63,893 nucleotides of DNA, filler included, from Reticulomyxa filosa (GCA_000512085.1; 15 parts of 15 records of this genome joined end to end with filler, not necessarily neighbours in it); one strand, 5' to 3'. Numbered from the whole stretch's first letter, positions 38,900 to 51,672 are shown. Translations and numbers: made by a program. Notes: generated from the letters alone by a model not told the origin.

Positions 38900-39245
38900 A
38901 TCAAGTTTTGTATACAATTATTACATGTGGAGAATGAGCTAAAAAGGTTGACGAATGTAACCACAGTACTTCCCTCGATGCACAAGTATACGTATCCCAA
39001 AGTAATATGACGTCATCTACAGGTACGCCGTGGGAAGCTAGGACAAATGATCTTCATGACCTTTGTCAAGACACAGATAAAGTGCATTTTCGATGTCGCT
39101 CAGAATAAATCATCAAAATATGCTCGCTTATAACCCCATTCCACAAGAACTACCCATGTCTGGACCATCTTACCAGTTCCTTCTATACTTTAGTGGTACT
39201 GAACATGCCACTGTCTCTTCTATTGCGTTTGCTCCTTTCTGACAT
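38900..39245 (+). pseudogene. Deleted relic of the secreted-protein gene at 50490-51243
   Basis: Nucleotide homology to 50500-51040 with internal deletions. Confidence 0.7.
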
Positions 39246-39559
39246 TTTTTTTAAAAAAAAATTTGAATTAGTTGTAATCTTAAATGTTCCAGGTGATTAA
39301 TGATTTTTTTTGTATACGTTGTTTAAAGTATGTTAATTCATTGTACATTCTTTTTCAATCAGTTGGATCACAATTAAAGAATATCTCATATTTTGCTATC
39401 TTCACTTATTTCAATCGATCAGTTTAAATATGAATATGAATTAAATATATTTCAAAAATGTGAAAATATTTGAAAAATAACAATAGCAATAAAAACACAA
39501 CCATTTGCATCATGGCAACAACAGCAAATCACACAACAATGCTAAAAAGAAAAAAAAAC

Positions 39560-41000
39560 AACAAAATATGGAAGACTAATGTGTTCGTGTTGTATCGGAT
39601 TTTCATTATCGAAGGGATTGAATAGATAACAACATTGCACAATTTTGTATATTGTCTTTCATTTCCAGATTGTTTGTGTGCGCGTCGGTATTTAATTTGC
39701 TTCTACTGGTGCAGCAACAACACGCTTTGCAATATAGATTAAATCCCAATGATAACGATGATACAAGCAAAAGTGTCTTTGGCAGCAGCTAATGCAATAA
39801 GCGAAGCAAAAGAGGAGATACATAATTGATACGATTGCAATTCCAAGATTATATTATAATATCAGCCTTATCTCAAATACCCATGACAAAATAGCGACGA
39901 AACGGGGCCAATCAAAATGACAACCAATTGGAAAGTAGTATTTGTGGTCTTTGTGCTTATTCACATTTGAATACAATGCTTTGATCATTGTACAATGTGT
40001 TGAGCTGTTGGTTTGTCTCTGGATATAAATGGGATTGACATTGCTTCGACGTGGAATAATGGATAGTATTCGTGTTTGCAATGGCAGGGTTGTTCGTACA
40101 TTTGGTGAAACGAAGTGGCCATTGAAAACGCCAATATTACCACAATGACGAGATATGGTATTGAGATTATGAGAAAGACGATAATTGCTTTCTTGATTCG
40201 GATATCGTCTTGGAAAAGATCAACTAATCTTTGTTTAATTGAATTGAGTGATACTACCAATATTATTGTTTCACAATCCAATCTCTTAATGTATCTTTTC
40301 CATTCATATTATTCGTTGATGTTGTTGATATTATTTATCATGGAGCGATCACTATTTTATTATTTTCTGGATATCGTTTGCATACGAAATTTTTCTTTGT
40401 AGTTTTCGTGGATCTTTCACTCTTGCCAAGACAGCAATATTTGCTTCAGAATTTTTGCGCGTATCTTCTTCTTCTTCATTTGCGATATCATATCTTCACT
40501 ATTTGTGAACTTGGCATCTTCTAGTTATTGTAAAAACAAAAATAACAAACAACAAATTAATACAAATTGTTTAGAAAGAAAGATCCAAATAATCAATGAT
40601 TTTTAACTTCAATCGTCTTTCAAAAATATTCGAATAATATCCTGCCAATTTTACTTGACTGCATGTGTAATACTATTTTAATATTTTCCACCAAATGGAC
40701 ACCAATTGTATCTTGAAATGTTTGGATGCATCTTTGGTATGTCGACATCTGGGGAAGATCACAAATCATGCAAAGGAAGGCGGCCAATTATTTGGCGATT
40801 ATGTGCATTGCTGACTTGGAGTGAATTGAATGAAAGTATTGGAATGCCGTTGTGTGATTCAAGTAAATAACATTTCGTTGCCATTTATGTTTCATTGCCA
40901 TAAATTCATCCATAATCACTTACGGTCTTGATTAGACACATGGCAATACTTTTAGGAATTTGTTGTATTGACACTTTTCTCACATTACTGCTGTATTCTC
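39560..41000 (-). pseudogene. Decayed multi-pass membrane protein gene (paralog of 48680-49970)
   Basis: Hydrophobic ORF pieces (KKAIIVFLIISIPYLVIVVILAF; FQLVVILIGPVSSL) interrupted by stops. Confidence 0.6.
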
Positions 41001-41479
41001 TTGACAAGTAAACTTCTTGCACGATCATCGTAATCTATTATCTTTCTTGATATTACCCATATACTATTCGTCGATTTTTTTTCCTATGTTCTTAGCATAA
41101 TCTTTTTCTTCTTTTTCTTCTCTTTCTTCTTGTTTATTTTGCTCTTGTTCTTCATGTTTTTTCTTTTTCTTTTTCTTTTCTTTTTTTTCTTCCTTTTCTT
41201 CTTTTTCTTGTTATTGTTCTTCTTGTTTTTCTTGTTCTCCTTATTCTCATTGTTCTTGTCCTTCTTGTTCTTATTCTTGTCTCCTTCATGTCCTTCTTCT
41301 TTTTTTCTTATTTCTTCTTGATCTTGTGCTATTTTTCTTTCATTTCAAACCTAAAGTAATCATTCTACAATGAAAGTCCAAGCGCAAGTTATCTTTAGTA
41401 AGACATATACAATAACTCAAAATATGATAAACAAAATATACCTTCAAATATAGCACATTATCTATATATTGGTAGCCAT

Positions 41480-42150
41480 CGTGGTGCATGCTGTCTTCAT
41501 TATTATTTTTTTATTTTTCTTTATAAATGATCTTTTTTTTTCTTTTTTTCTTTTTTCTTTCTTTTTCTGTTTTTTTCTTTTTTCTTTTTCTTTCTATTTT
41601 CTTTTCTATTTTCCTTTTTCTTTTTTCTATTCTTTTTTTTTTTCCTCCATTTTCCTTTCTTTTATTATTTTATTTTTATTAATCCATTTTTTTTAAATAA
41701 AGGTACGTACATATGTTTTTTTTTTTGGATGGGGAATTCCTATTTCTTTACAAACAACCACATTATTTGATATAAGTATATAATACATAAATATAAACAT
41801 ATGCATACTTTTTTCGCTCCTTTCGGAGACGGGGCGGATTTCAACCCCGATTTTTTTTTCATTTTTTTTGTGTGTGGAAGTAGAGGAACCTATAGAACAA
41901 AGCAAACAACATTTAAATATATCAAAAAAAAAAGGTAATAACACAAACCTATTGTTCTCCTTTCGGAGACGGGGTTGGTTTCTACCCCATGTTCTTTTTT
42001 TTCATATTACAGCGCGGTGTTCTATTTGCACACATACATACAATATATATCATAAGTTAGATTTATAAAGAAAAGATTTACATTACCATGTGCATCATTT
42101 TGTAATGCAATGCTCGCAGTGCCATTTGTTATCAGCTCCTCCAATTCAAT
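41480..42150 (-). repeat. Dispersed repeat element, copy B
   Basis: GGGGAATTCC at 41731; hairpin units at 41817-41849 and 41957-41988. Confidence 0.85.
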
Positions 42151-43715
42151 AATTTAGCGCATTACTTATATATCTATGCTCCATACGTATTCCTATCCCA
42201 AGTCACAACAACGTGACAATTTATTATTGCAACAACAATAAAAAAATAAAGGTAACTTTGTAATACCACATGATATCAGCGACATTTTGAACTGGACAGT
42301 AACTTGGAATTGTCTGCATGTGTAATGAGTTATGATTTGCACAATGTTTTGATTAGTAGCGATGTTTGGACAAATAGTGGCAATTGTTGGAGGAGTAATG
42401 GCACAGTGTGGAGATAATGATTGCGTTTGTAATGATGGTGTGCATGTCCATGAGTATAGATATGGCGCATGTAAGTGTAATTGAAGGCAAACGCCTTTGT
42501 TGAATGAGCATTTATTTGCACAAAAGATGATGAGCATCACGACCGACTCGATCGTCAGATGCGTTATGCTCCAACCATCCCATTTGCGCAAATAGCGCTC
42601 AATCATTCAAATGCATTAGCCTAGAAATTGGGCAATAGCGACGCTTTCAATCACAATTTGTACCAGCAATTGCAGCCAGTTGACAATGTGTTAAAGCAAG
42701 CATCGTCATTTGCACTGCCCCACTTACAAGTTGCGTCGCATAATCGCAACAATTTTTTCACTGCACTATCGTCAGATATGTATATACAATTTTTTGTTTT
42801 ATTGTTTTTTTTTTTAAAAAAAAAAAAAAGAAGAAAAAAAAAGTTAACATTGCAGAATTGGACGGCATTGTAGAATTGACGTTGTTGGCATCGATGGTAT
42901 GATGACTTTTGATATGACACCGGACTGCACAATCATTTGAAATTGACTAGCCTTTGAATTGAATATTGAGACCCGGAAAGATAAATTTGCCATTGGTGTT
43001 GATACGGGTCGACATTGTAGATAGAATAGCTGATTGCACAATACTATATTTGAGTCTGATTGTCGGCGCAACATGAATTCATCATTTGATATTGATATTC
43101 TTATCATTACTTGATTTTGCCATCTGACAATGTAATTCTATTTATTTATTTTTTTAAAATTTTTAAAAATTAAATCAATCATGTATGCAATCCCTTCTCT
43201 ATCTTAATATATTTGCTATAAATAAACCTCCCCTTTTTTCATAGATCTTTCCATCACTATCATTTACCTGTGTGACACTGTCTCGAATGCTAATTTGTAA
43301 AAAGTCGACGAGATAACCAAAGCCAATTGTAGCATATTCATGGACTGCGTTTTGATAAACAAGTTCTTGGACATTTTTATATTGGCCAGCAGCGTGCTAG
43401 GGGAAAACGTATACTTCCGTTTTCTAATATCATTAACCCCTCGTTGGAAATTTGCACATCTGATAAAATTGTCAATTTGTAGATTTGTGCAAAGTGCAAA
43501 TATTTCCACGTCTTCAATGCCCACAATCCTTTAATATAGTAATTTAATAATGCGTTCCATAACGTTGCAAATATGACCATATTGATTTGATAATTCGAGT
43601 GTGTTTGTCCTATCGTCAAATTCTTGCTTAAGTTGAATATCACAATAGTTCCACTTGTCACCACTAAGGATGCATTTAATACATGCAATGCCATCAATAC
43701 CAACGACGCTTTCAT
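42100..43715 (-). pseudogene. Decayed multi-exon secreted Cys-rich protein gene (paralog of 45723-47360)
   Basis: Signal-peptide-like MKASLVLMALHVLNASLVV; shared SKNLT.G.THSN, YKLTILS and FPLARC; intron positions match the paralog; many stops. Confidence 0.65.
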
Positions 43716-44191
43716 GCTGCTACAAAATAGCCAAAGTTCTTCACTCGATACTTTCTCTTCCGTTTGTCCCCTCCAAACAAAAATAAAGGCAAAAGAATTG
43801 TATATTATATTACAGATATCTTTGCATTTTATATTGATATGTCGAAAGAATCACTTTTTTTGCAAAATTACAAGAAATTGTTAGCACTTTCTTCAAAAAA
43901 AAGAAAAATTTTGCATCAGCTACAGAAAGGATACTACAAACAAAATTGTCTTGATACAATTTAGCTTTTTCTTTCTTTCAAAGGTGACAAATTAGAGTAT
44001 TTTATTTGTAATTTTTTAAAAAAACTGTAATACTTGTCATTTTTTTTTTAACAGTTTATTATTGAAAAACTTGTGAAATTGTACAAAAACTCCACTTGAC
44101 GAAAAAAACTCTCGCTTAAACAAAAACTCTTAAAAATTTCTAACAAGCCCCTTCATCAAAATTTTTCAGCATTTCAGAGGAAAAAGTCACC

Positions 44192-45160
44192 ATGAGTGGC
44201 CAAATAGGAGCAGAAGAGGATCTTTTTAACGAAAAAAAAACCAACAACGGCAAAACGCAAAATGAAAACGAACAATTACGTTTAGCCAAAGAAAAACTGA
44301 GGCGATACTACCAATCACAAGATAAATTGGTCCCATTATTCGATGATCCTGAACAATCCATTGACACGTGCTACACTCGATTGGCTCTTTTGATCCAGCA
44401 ACAATTTCAACAACAAAAAGATAGAATGATCGACAATCAAGAAAAAGAAAAAAGCGAAGAAGATAAAAAAAATCAGGATTATAAAGAAGAAAATGGAGAA
44501 TGGCCAAATTCATTAAATTGTTCATTGACCTATAGAAATCAAACGAAAGATATCGAATTACAAGATATTTGGAATGATAGACAAAAAGGATTTAAAATAT
44601 GTCACATTAGTATCCAAGGAAAGGCAGAGAGTGGAAAAAGTGTGCTCTCTCAAAGAATTGCATATTTGTGGGGAAATTATCAAATGTGGAATCATCAATT
44701 TCAGTATCTATTGATGATATTGAATAGGTTATGAATGAATTACATATTCCTCAATGGAATTTAAATGGCACGAAATGGATTATTAATTCAATGAATGGAT
44801 TGTTATTATTATCGGATGGATTTGATAAAATTGCAAATGAAATTTAATTTAAATTGGTTGCAACATTGTATTTCAAATAAGAATTATTCCATAATCATGG
44901 CAAGTCGGCCCAATGCAATGTGTGAATATCTAAACAGTCCAGTAATGATAAATGGGATGAAATCATTCTTTTACAATTGTATGAGATATTGCTGAAAAGT
45001 TATATGAAATGGAATTGGATGAAATCAAATGAATTGAATAACAAATTAAATGGTGACAAGATATTTAAGATCTTTGAAATGGAAATGGATATTTATCTCG
45101 AATTGATAAGAAGGATTGAAATGTGAACAACCAATCATTTCTTGTGAAATTCAACATATG
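44192..45160 (+). pseudogene. NACHT (STAND) NTPase gene, truncated and frameshifted
   Basis: KLRRYYQSQDKLVPLFDDPEQSIDTCY.RLALL; degenerate Walker A ISIQGKAESGKSVLSQRIAYLW; Walker B LLLLSDGFD and IIMASRP in shifted frames after a stop at 44734. Confidence 0.85.
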
Positions 45161-45722
45161 ATAAAATATAAATATATAATGAAACACAAAAAGAATAAAA
45201 ATACCAATAAGCCAAGAAATTGTATGTTGTGTCCCATATGCACTTTTGCATTAATGATATTGACACGTCAGGAATACAAAAAATTTTTGTCAATATTTGC
45301 TATTGCCTTACATGACAAGACAATAAAGCAATCCTACGATGGTGTTACAATGATCTTATGAAATATGAATATTTTCATGCCAGAAGGCAACAAAACGTTT
45401 GTTCTTGCTTTCATTTGACTTTTTTTTATTGGAGATTTTTTTTATCCGTTCAGCCTTTTTATGTGATCAGGTTGCAATTAACTTGAAAAGAATTTTAAAA
45501 TGAAGAACACTAACTTTTTTGTCTGAACTATTGAAATGTATATAAACAAGTGCAACAAATTACATGCTCCCAATAAACTCAGTATTTCTACAAACTTTTT
45601 TTTTTTCTTAAAGTGACTTTATTATTTATTTGATATCTTTCCGTTTCATTGTGTCCAGTAGGAGTGGAGGGGCAAACGTAAGAAAAAAGATGAATCAACA
45701 ACATTGGTTATTTTGCTAAGAC

Positions 45723-47360
45723 ATGAAATTCTCGCTTATATTGGTGGCAATGCATGCATTCCTAGTTGTGTGGAGTGCGAATACATTTAATTCAAGCAAG
45801 AACTTGACGAACGGCCGAACACACTCTAATCACTACAGCAATATGTGCACATTGTCATTGAATAAATTTGTCAGCTACTATCTCAATTGCATGTGTATAT
45901 CAAATATATGGAAATGTGCACAATGCTCACGAAGTTACAAATTGACAATCTTATCATCCGTGGAATGTTCAACAAGTGGTCGGTGTTATCAGAAAGCAAA
46001 AGTATACGTTTTCCCACTAGCACGCTGTTGATCAATATAAAGTGTTGGGAGAATAGCTCATGTATCAAAACGTCAGTCGTGAATGTGTTCCGATCAACTT
46101 CTGGTGACTCGTCAACTTTTTTCAAATCGACATTCAAAGCAATGTCACACAGGTAAGCAACAGTGAAAAAAAAAAGTCAATAAAAAAATATATGTACACA
46201 CAAAAAAAAAAAGAATATGTACACAAAAAAAAATGTACATGAGAGAAAAAAATGATGTTTATTTCTATCAAGAGATAGTAAATGTGAAAAGTGGTTGTAT
46301 ATATGGTTTGTTTGATTACAAAAAATTATTTTTAAAAATAAAAACAGAATTACATTGGCATATTGCGAAGTTGATTTGTTGACACGCCACCATCAAATGA
46401 AGCTTGCTTGCTGTGTCGGATCCAATGCATGCGATATTCAAATGTGTGCACAGTCCGGCGTCAGTTCAAACATATTAAGCTCAACTATCACAACTTCGCC
46501 GGTAATGTTACAAATGCTATCCAATTCTGCATTGTTAAGTTTTTTACTTTTTCTTTTTTTTTTTTTTAAATGCAAACAAATAAACAAGCAAAAAAATTGT
46601 ACAGACCAAACAATAACACTGGAAAATGTTTGCGCGGTTTTGCGATGCCATTGGTGAACAGGACGTTTGCAAACGACGATACCGACTTTACCACAATGTT
46701 CGACCGGCTGTATTTGCTGGCACAAAGTGTGACTAAAAGTCAGTCGTCTTTGCTCAACTGTCTGGCACATGTCTTTGAAGTGAATGATGCGCTATTGGCG
46801 CAAGTGTGATGGATGGTGCATAACGCATCTGACGAGCAAGTCAGTCGTGATGCCCACCATCTGCTGTGCAAAGAAGCGCAACTTCTGCAAAGGCATTTTG
46901 TTCAATTGCAATCATGCAATCCGCGCGACATCTGTATACGTGGACAAAGTCGATTTGTATGCCATCGCTATTTCTGCAACACAATGGCACTATTCCTCCA
47001 ATCATGCCACTGTAATCCAAACATTGTCACTCATCCGATAACTGCAATTACTCATCCAAATATTATTGCATAAATCTCACAACATCGTGACGACAACATT
47101 AATATTGATATTTCATCACACACAAAGTTCCAAGTTATCCAAACGTCGGCGATATTTGTAACATTACAAAGTTATCTTTGTTTTTTTTTGTTGTTCTTGT
47201 GATAATATCCATTTTTTTTGCTGTGACTTGTGCATAGGAGTACGTACGGAGGACAATGTTGCGAAATGATGTTAAATTGGATGAAATCAAAGAACAAATT
47301 TCATTCGACGTTGCAAACAAGATTGGCTATCCATTGCAAGACTTTGGCGCTATATAATGT
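45723..47360 (+). pseudogene. Decayed multi-exon secreted Cys-rich protein gene
   Basis: Signal-peptide-like MKFSLILVAMHAFLVVWSA; introns at ~46153-46348 and ~46524-46603; stops and frameshifts. Confidence 0.65.
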
Positions 47361-48220
47361 ACAATCTTTTTGTATATGTCTAACTTAAGCTATATGTTTT
47401 GTGTTTTGCAAAATAGAATACCATGCTCTTATGATGAAAAAAAAAAGAATACGGGGTAGAAACAACCCCTGTCTCCGAAAGGAGAATATCAGTTTTGTTT
47501 TATTATCTTTTATTTTTGATATATTTAACTTTTGTATGATTTGTACCATAGGTTCCCCCGTCTGGTAAAGATTGCCCAAGTGATCCCTATCTCCATACAA
47601 AAAAAAAAATGAAAAAGAAAATCGGGGTTGAAATCCACCCCGTCTCCGAAAGGGGTAAAAAAAGTATTATTATGTCGTATTTATGTTTATACATACTTTT
47701 ATTAAATAGTATTGTTATGTTTGTGAAGTACAGGAAGCAGGAATTCCCCCTTCAAAAATATATATATTTGTATATATCTTTATTTATGCCCCTTCCTCCC
47801 TTAAAAAAAGTGTGAAGTATACCACATGAAAAAGGTAATGGAAATTTGATATCCTGGTCCGCTGGTCAAAGTTAAATATACTTTTTTGCTCGTCCTTCAA
47901 AAATTATAAAATATAACTCTGTGTGTATGGATATAGATGTTTGTTCTCTTGAAGGGGATTTGGGGAAAATAATAAAAAAAAATGCCATAAGTGGATAAAA
48001 AAAATGGATTAATAAAAAATAGAATAATAAGTTTGAAAAAAAAAGATTGGAGAAATTATTAAAAAGGAGAAAAAAAAAAGATGATAATAAAAAAGAAAAA
48101 AAGAAAAAAAAGAGAAAAAAGAAGACTGAAAAAGGAAAAAAAAAGGAAAAGGTAATAATGAAAGAAAAAAAAGAATAAGAAATGAAAAAAAGGTAATTGA
48201 ATTTTATTTAAAAAAAAGAA
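47330..48220 (+). repeat. Dispersed repeat element, copy C
   Basis: Hairpin units at 47452-47484 and 47623-47655; GGAATTCCCC at 47740; purine tract downstream. Confidence 0.85.
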
Positions 48221-48679
48221 TTATGGTATCCAGTTTGTGGATGCAAACAGTTAAGTATTTTCCCTTTTTTTTTATGTTTGTTTACTCAAAACAATGTGAA
48301 TCTGGACCTTTTCATTCTAGAATAATTTAATGTAGATTTGAAATGAAAGAAAGAAAGAAAAAGAAGAAGAAACAACAACAAGAAGAAGCAGAAGAACAAG
48401 ACAATGACAAAAAGAAGAAGAAGAAGGACACGAAGAAGGACATGAATAGCAATAATAAGAAGAAAAAGAAGAATGATAAGAAGAAGTATGAGAAGAAGAA
48501 ACAGAATAGAATGATATGAAGAAGAACGTGAAGAAGAACAAAAAGAAGGACTGAAGAAGGACTTGAAGAAGGACTTGAAGAAAACAAAAAGAATAAAACA
48601 AGAAGAATGAGAAAAAGAAAACGAGTATATTAATGAAAGAGGAAAAAAAAAGCAAAGTATATACAAATAGTATTAGTGA

Positions 48680-49970
48680 CATATTGGTCACTTCAAGAAT
48701 ATAACAAGTGGCGGTGGATAAATTTATCGAAAGAAGAAAGGAGATACAGTGGATGAATATGATAAACATAACAAATCTCTAAATGGTATTGACGTGGTTT
48801 CATCAAGACTATAAGTGATTATGGATGATATTTGTGAACATGAAATGCTATGTGCTTACTAATTACACAGTGCAATACTTTCATTCAATTCACCCCAGCG
48901 CAACAATTAGCATAATCAATCAAATACAATAGTCTTTTACATTTATTCTATGTATTTCTATCTAAACAATTTGAATTAATTTGTTGTTCATATTTGTTTT
49001 TACAATAACTAGAATATGCAAAGTCCATAAGAAGTGGAAGTAATGGAGCCGCAAGTAAAAAGAAGGAGACACGCTGAAGCAAATAATACTGTTTTGGTGA
49101 GAGCGGAAGTCACAAAAACAGAAGAAAAATTTGGGATGCAAAACATATTCAGAAAATAATAATGTGATCCTTCCATAACAAATAGCACAAACATCAACGA
49201 ATAGTGGCAATGCAAAAGACAATGAAGAGATTGGTTCAAGAAACAATATCGGTTATCTACAATTTGAGAGTATCGTTTGCACGTAATCAAATACAAATTT
49301 GGTGAATCTCTCTAAGGCGACATCCGAGTCAAGAAAGTAATGATCGTCTTTATTACGATACACATTCTATCAATATCATATCTCATTATTGTAGTAATAC
49401 CTCTGCACTTTCAAGAGCCACTCCATTTTGCCAAGCGTGAACAGTTCTGTCATGATAAACATGAACACGACTAACAATTCCGAGTCGAAGCAATGCCTCT
49501 CCCTTTGCATTCATTCATATTCGGAGACAAAGCAATAGATCAACACATTATGCAATGATCAAAGCATTATATTAAATGTGGATATAGCAAGACCATGAAT
49601 TCTGCCTTTCAATTGGTTTTCATTGCAATTGGCTCCGTTTCGTCATTTTTATCATGGGCACTTGAGACAGCGTTGATATCATTGTCTAATCTTGGGTGTT
49701 GCAATTGTATCAATAATGTCTTATCTTCTCCTTCTTCGCTTATTGGATTGCCTGCTGAAAAACCTTTCGACTGTACCATCAGCGTCGTCATTGAAATCCA
49801 ATTGAATTGCAAGGCGTGTTATTGCCGCACCAGTCTAATCAACTACACTTATTATGGGCTCGGTATGTACGCAAACCACGCGGAAATGAAAAACAGCATT
49901 GTCACAATATACAAAATTTTGCAATGTTGCCCTTCGACGATATGAATATGCTACAACAAGAGCATATTAA
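48680..49970 (+). pseudogene. Decayed multi-pass membrane protein gene
   Basis: Homologous to rc of 39560-41000 (for example FQLVFIAIGSVSS); multiple stops. Confidence 0.6.
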
Positions 49971-50489
49971 TTCTTTCTTGTTTTTTTAGTCTTATTGTGT
50001 GATACAAATGATTGTATTTAAATTGTTGTTACTTTTTTTTTTTTGCAATATCGTCGAATTTTTGAAATCTTTTTTCAACTATCCTTTGTTTGCATCAATA
50101 TCTGAGCCAGTCGATTGAAATGAGCAATCCAAAAAAGGTTAAATCAATCCTTTGCTGTAATCTTCTGTTTCCTTCTTGGAGAGTTTGTTTATGGATTCAT
50201 TTTTCTATTTCACTAAACTTTTGTGATGAATAATGTCACTTGAGAAAAAAAGACAGCATCCTTTTCTTTTTGAAAATAACAAAAAAAGGTGAAAAAATTA
50301 TCGAAATATGAGCTATTCGTTAATGTGGCCCAACTGATTAAAAAATATTGAGAAATGAACAATAAGTTGGCATATTTCAAACAACGTATACAAAAATGTG
50401 AAAAGATACACGCATAAAAAAAAAAAATCATGAGCCACCTAGAACATGTACACATATATAAGATCACAACTAATCCAAACAAGCAAACA

Positions 50490-51243
50490 AAAAAAAAATT
50501 ATCAGCAAGGAGCAAAGCGGCTATAAGAAACAGCGACCGGTTGTGACGTAGTCTCAGTGCCTCCAAAGTAGAGTATGAACTGGTACGATGGTCCCGGCAT
50601 GGGTGGTTCTTGCGGAGTAAAGTTATAAGCGAGCAAGGTTTGATGCGTGTCATCCTAAATGTTATAAGTGCAGTTGAACTTATTTTGAGTGACTTCGAAA
50701 ATATACTGTGTCTGTGCATTGACAAAGGTCATGAAAGGCATCTGTCCAGGGGTTTCCCACGGCGGTAAGCGATGGTTCTTCCATCCGTATCCATAGATGG
50801 CGATCATATCACTTTGATTTACGTATACTTGCGGATCGGAGAAGTATCGACGCCATCCGAAAATACATGACATGTGCATGACTGGAATAAAGCCTCGTGA
50901 AAAACCAAACAACTTGTTTACGTTCGAACACCATACGTCAATGTCGCAAGGATAAGTTAATGTGTTGTTGTGGAACACTACGCGATACGTGAGTGTGGTT
51001 GCATTCGTCAATCCTTTCAGTTCGTTTTCCACTAATAACTCCTCGTCATGTGCGTCCACATTGTGTCGGTTTGCTGGCACTGTCACACACCCAGTCTTCT
51101 GTTGAACAGTTTTGCACTTGGTTGCACCTAATGCAAGGGTCGTTCGACGGGCATGTGTTCATGTCACCGGTCACTACTAGTAGCGTCCATGCAGCAAAAA
51201 TGATACATCATAACACCCACCACAATGACACGCTCTTTTTCAT
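50490..51243 (-). pseudogene. Secreted protein gene with premature stops and a frameshift
   Basis: MKKSVSLWWVL*CIIFAAWTLLVVTG followed by a Cys-rich segment, a frameshift into the 143-aa ORF, and read-on past a stop (DDTHQTLLAYNFTPQEPP). Confidence 0.6.
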
Positions 51244-51572
51244 TGTTTGTTAGTTATTCAATGTACTGTATTGTACTTTAAAAGATTCTTGATTGCAGAA
51301 AATGTTTTTTTAATTCACTAGTGTCATTATCAAATTTTTTAAAAATTAATTTTCTAATTTTATTTTTCTGAAATTTAAATATTACTAACTTATGTTTCCA
51401 CATATTTATTGCTTTAGTGAACTTTTTTCTCGCTCCTATCCCCTTTACACTTATTGTGTGAATGATCTTTTTATCATATAAATTAAAGATGTTGAAAACA
51501 GCGTTTCGTGTAGCCCTTGGCTCAAATGTAGGAGGGGCCTTAATATATAGTGACGAAGGGTTTCGTCGTCAG

Positions 51573-51672
51573 NNNNNNNNNNNNNNNNNNNNNNNNNNNN
51601 NNNNNNNNNNNNNNNNTTAATTAATTAANNNNNNNNNNNNNNNNNNNNNNNNNNNNNNNNNNNNNNNNNNNN
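51573..51672. other. Artificial contig linker
   Basis: N44-TTAATTAATTAA-N44. Confidence 0.98.

Larger units (their letters stand above)
38850..43780. repeat. Left arm of a large diverged inverted duplication
   Basis: The reverse complement aligns by eye, colinearly, to 45660-51250. Example: rc of ~39050-39170 (GAACTGGTAAGATGGTCC...TTGACAAAGGTCATGAA) matches 50577-50735. Confidence 0.85.
45660..51250. repeat. Right arm of a large diverged inverted duplication
   Basis: Inverted and colinear with 38850-43780. Confidence 0.85.

Noticed and set aside
41731-41740. GGGGAATTCC as an NF-kB site
   Set aside because: It matches the consensus, but there is no reason to expect NF-kB in this lineage. 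Kept only as a conserved box.
41817-41988. Hairpin units as a CRISPR array, hammerhead ribozyme or tRNA
   Set aside because: Only two units per locus with homologous, not unique, 110-140-nt spacers and no cas genes. No CUGANGA core. No cloverleaf or D-arm.
45723-46156. Class-3 lipase call for the secreted pseudogene (YYLNC..ISNIWKCAQC)
   Set aside because: No GHSLG-type nucleophile motif was found in either copy.
38850-51250. Palindrome as an amplification or assembly fold-back artefact
   Set aside because: The arms are strongly diverged with independent indels, unlike artefactual fold-backs.
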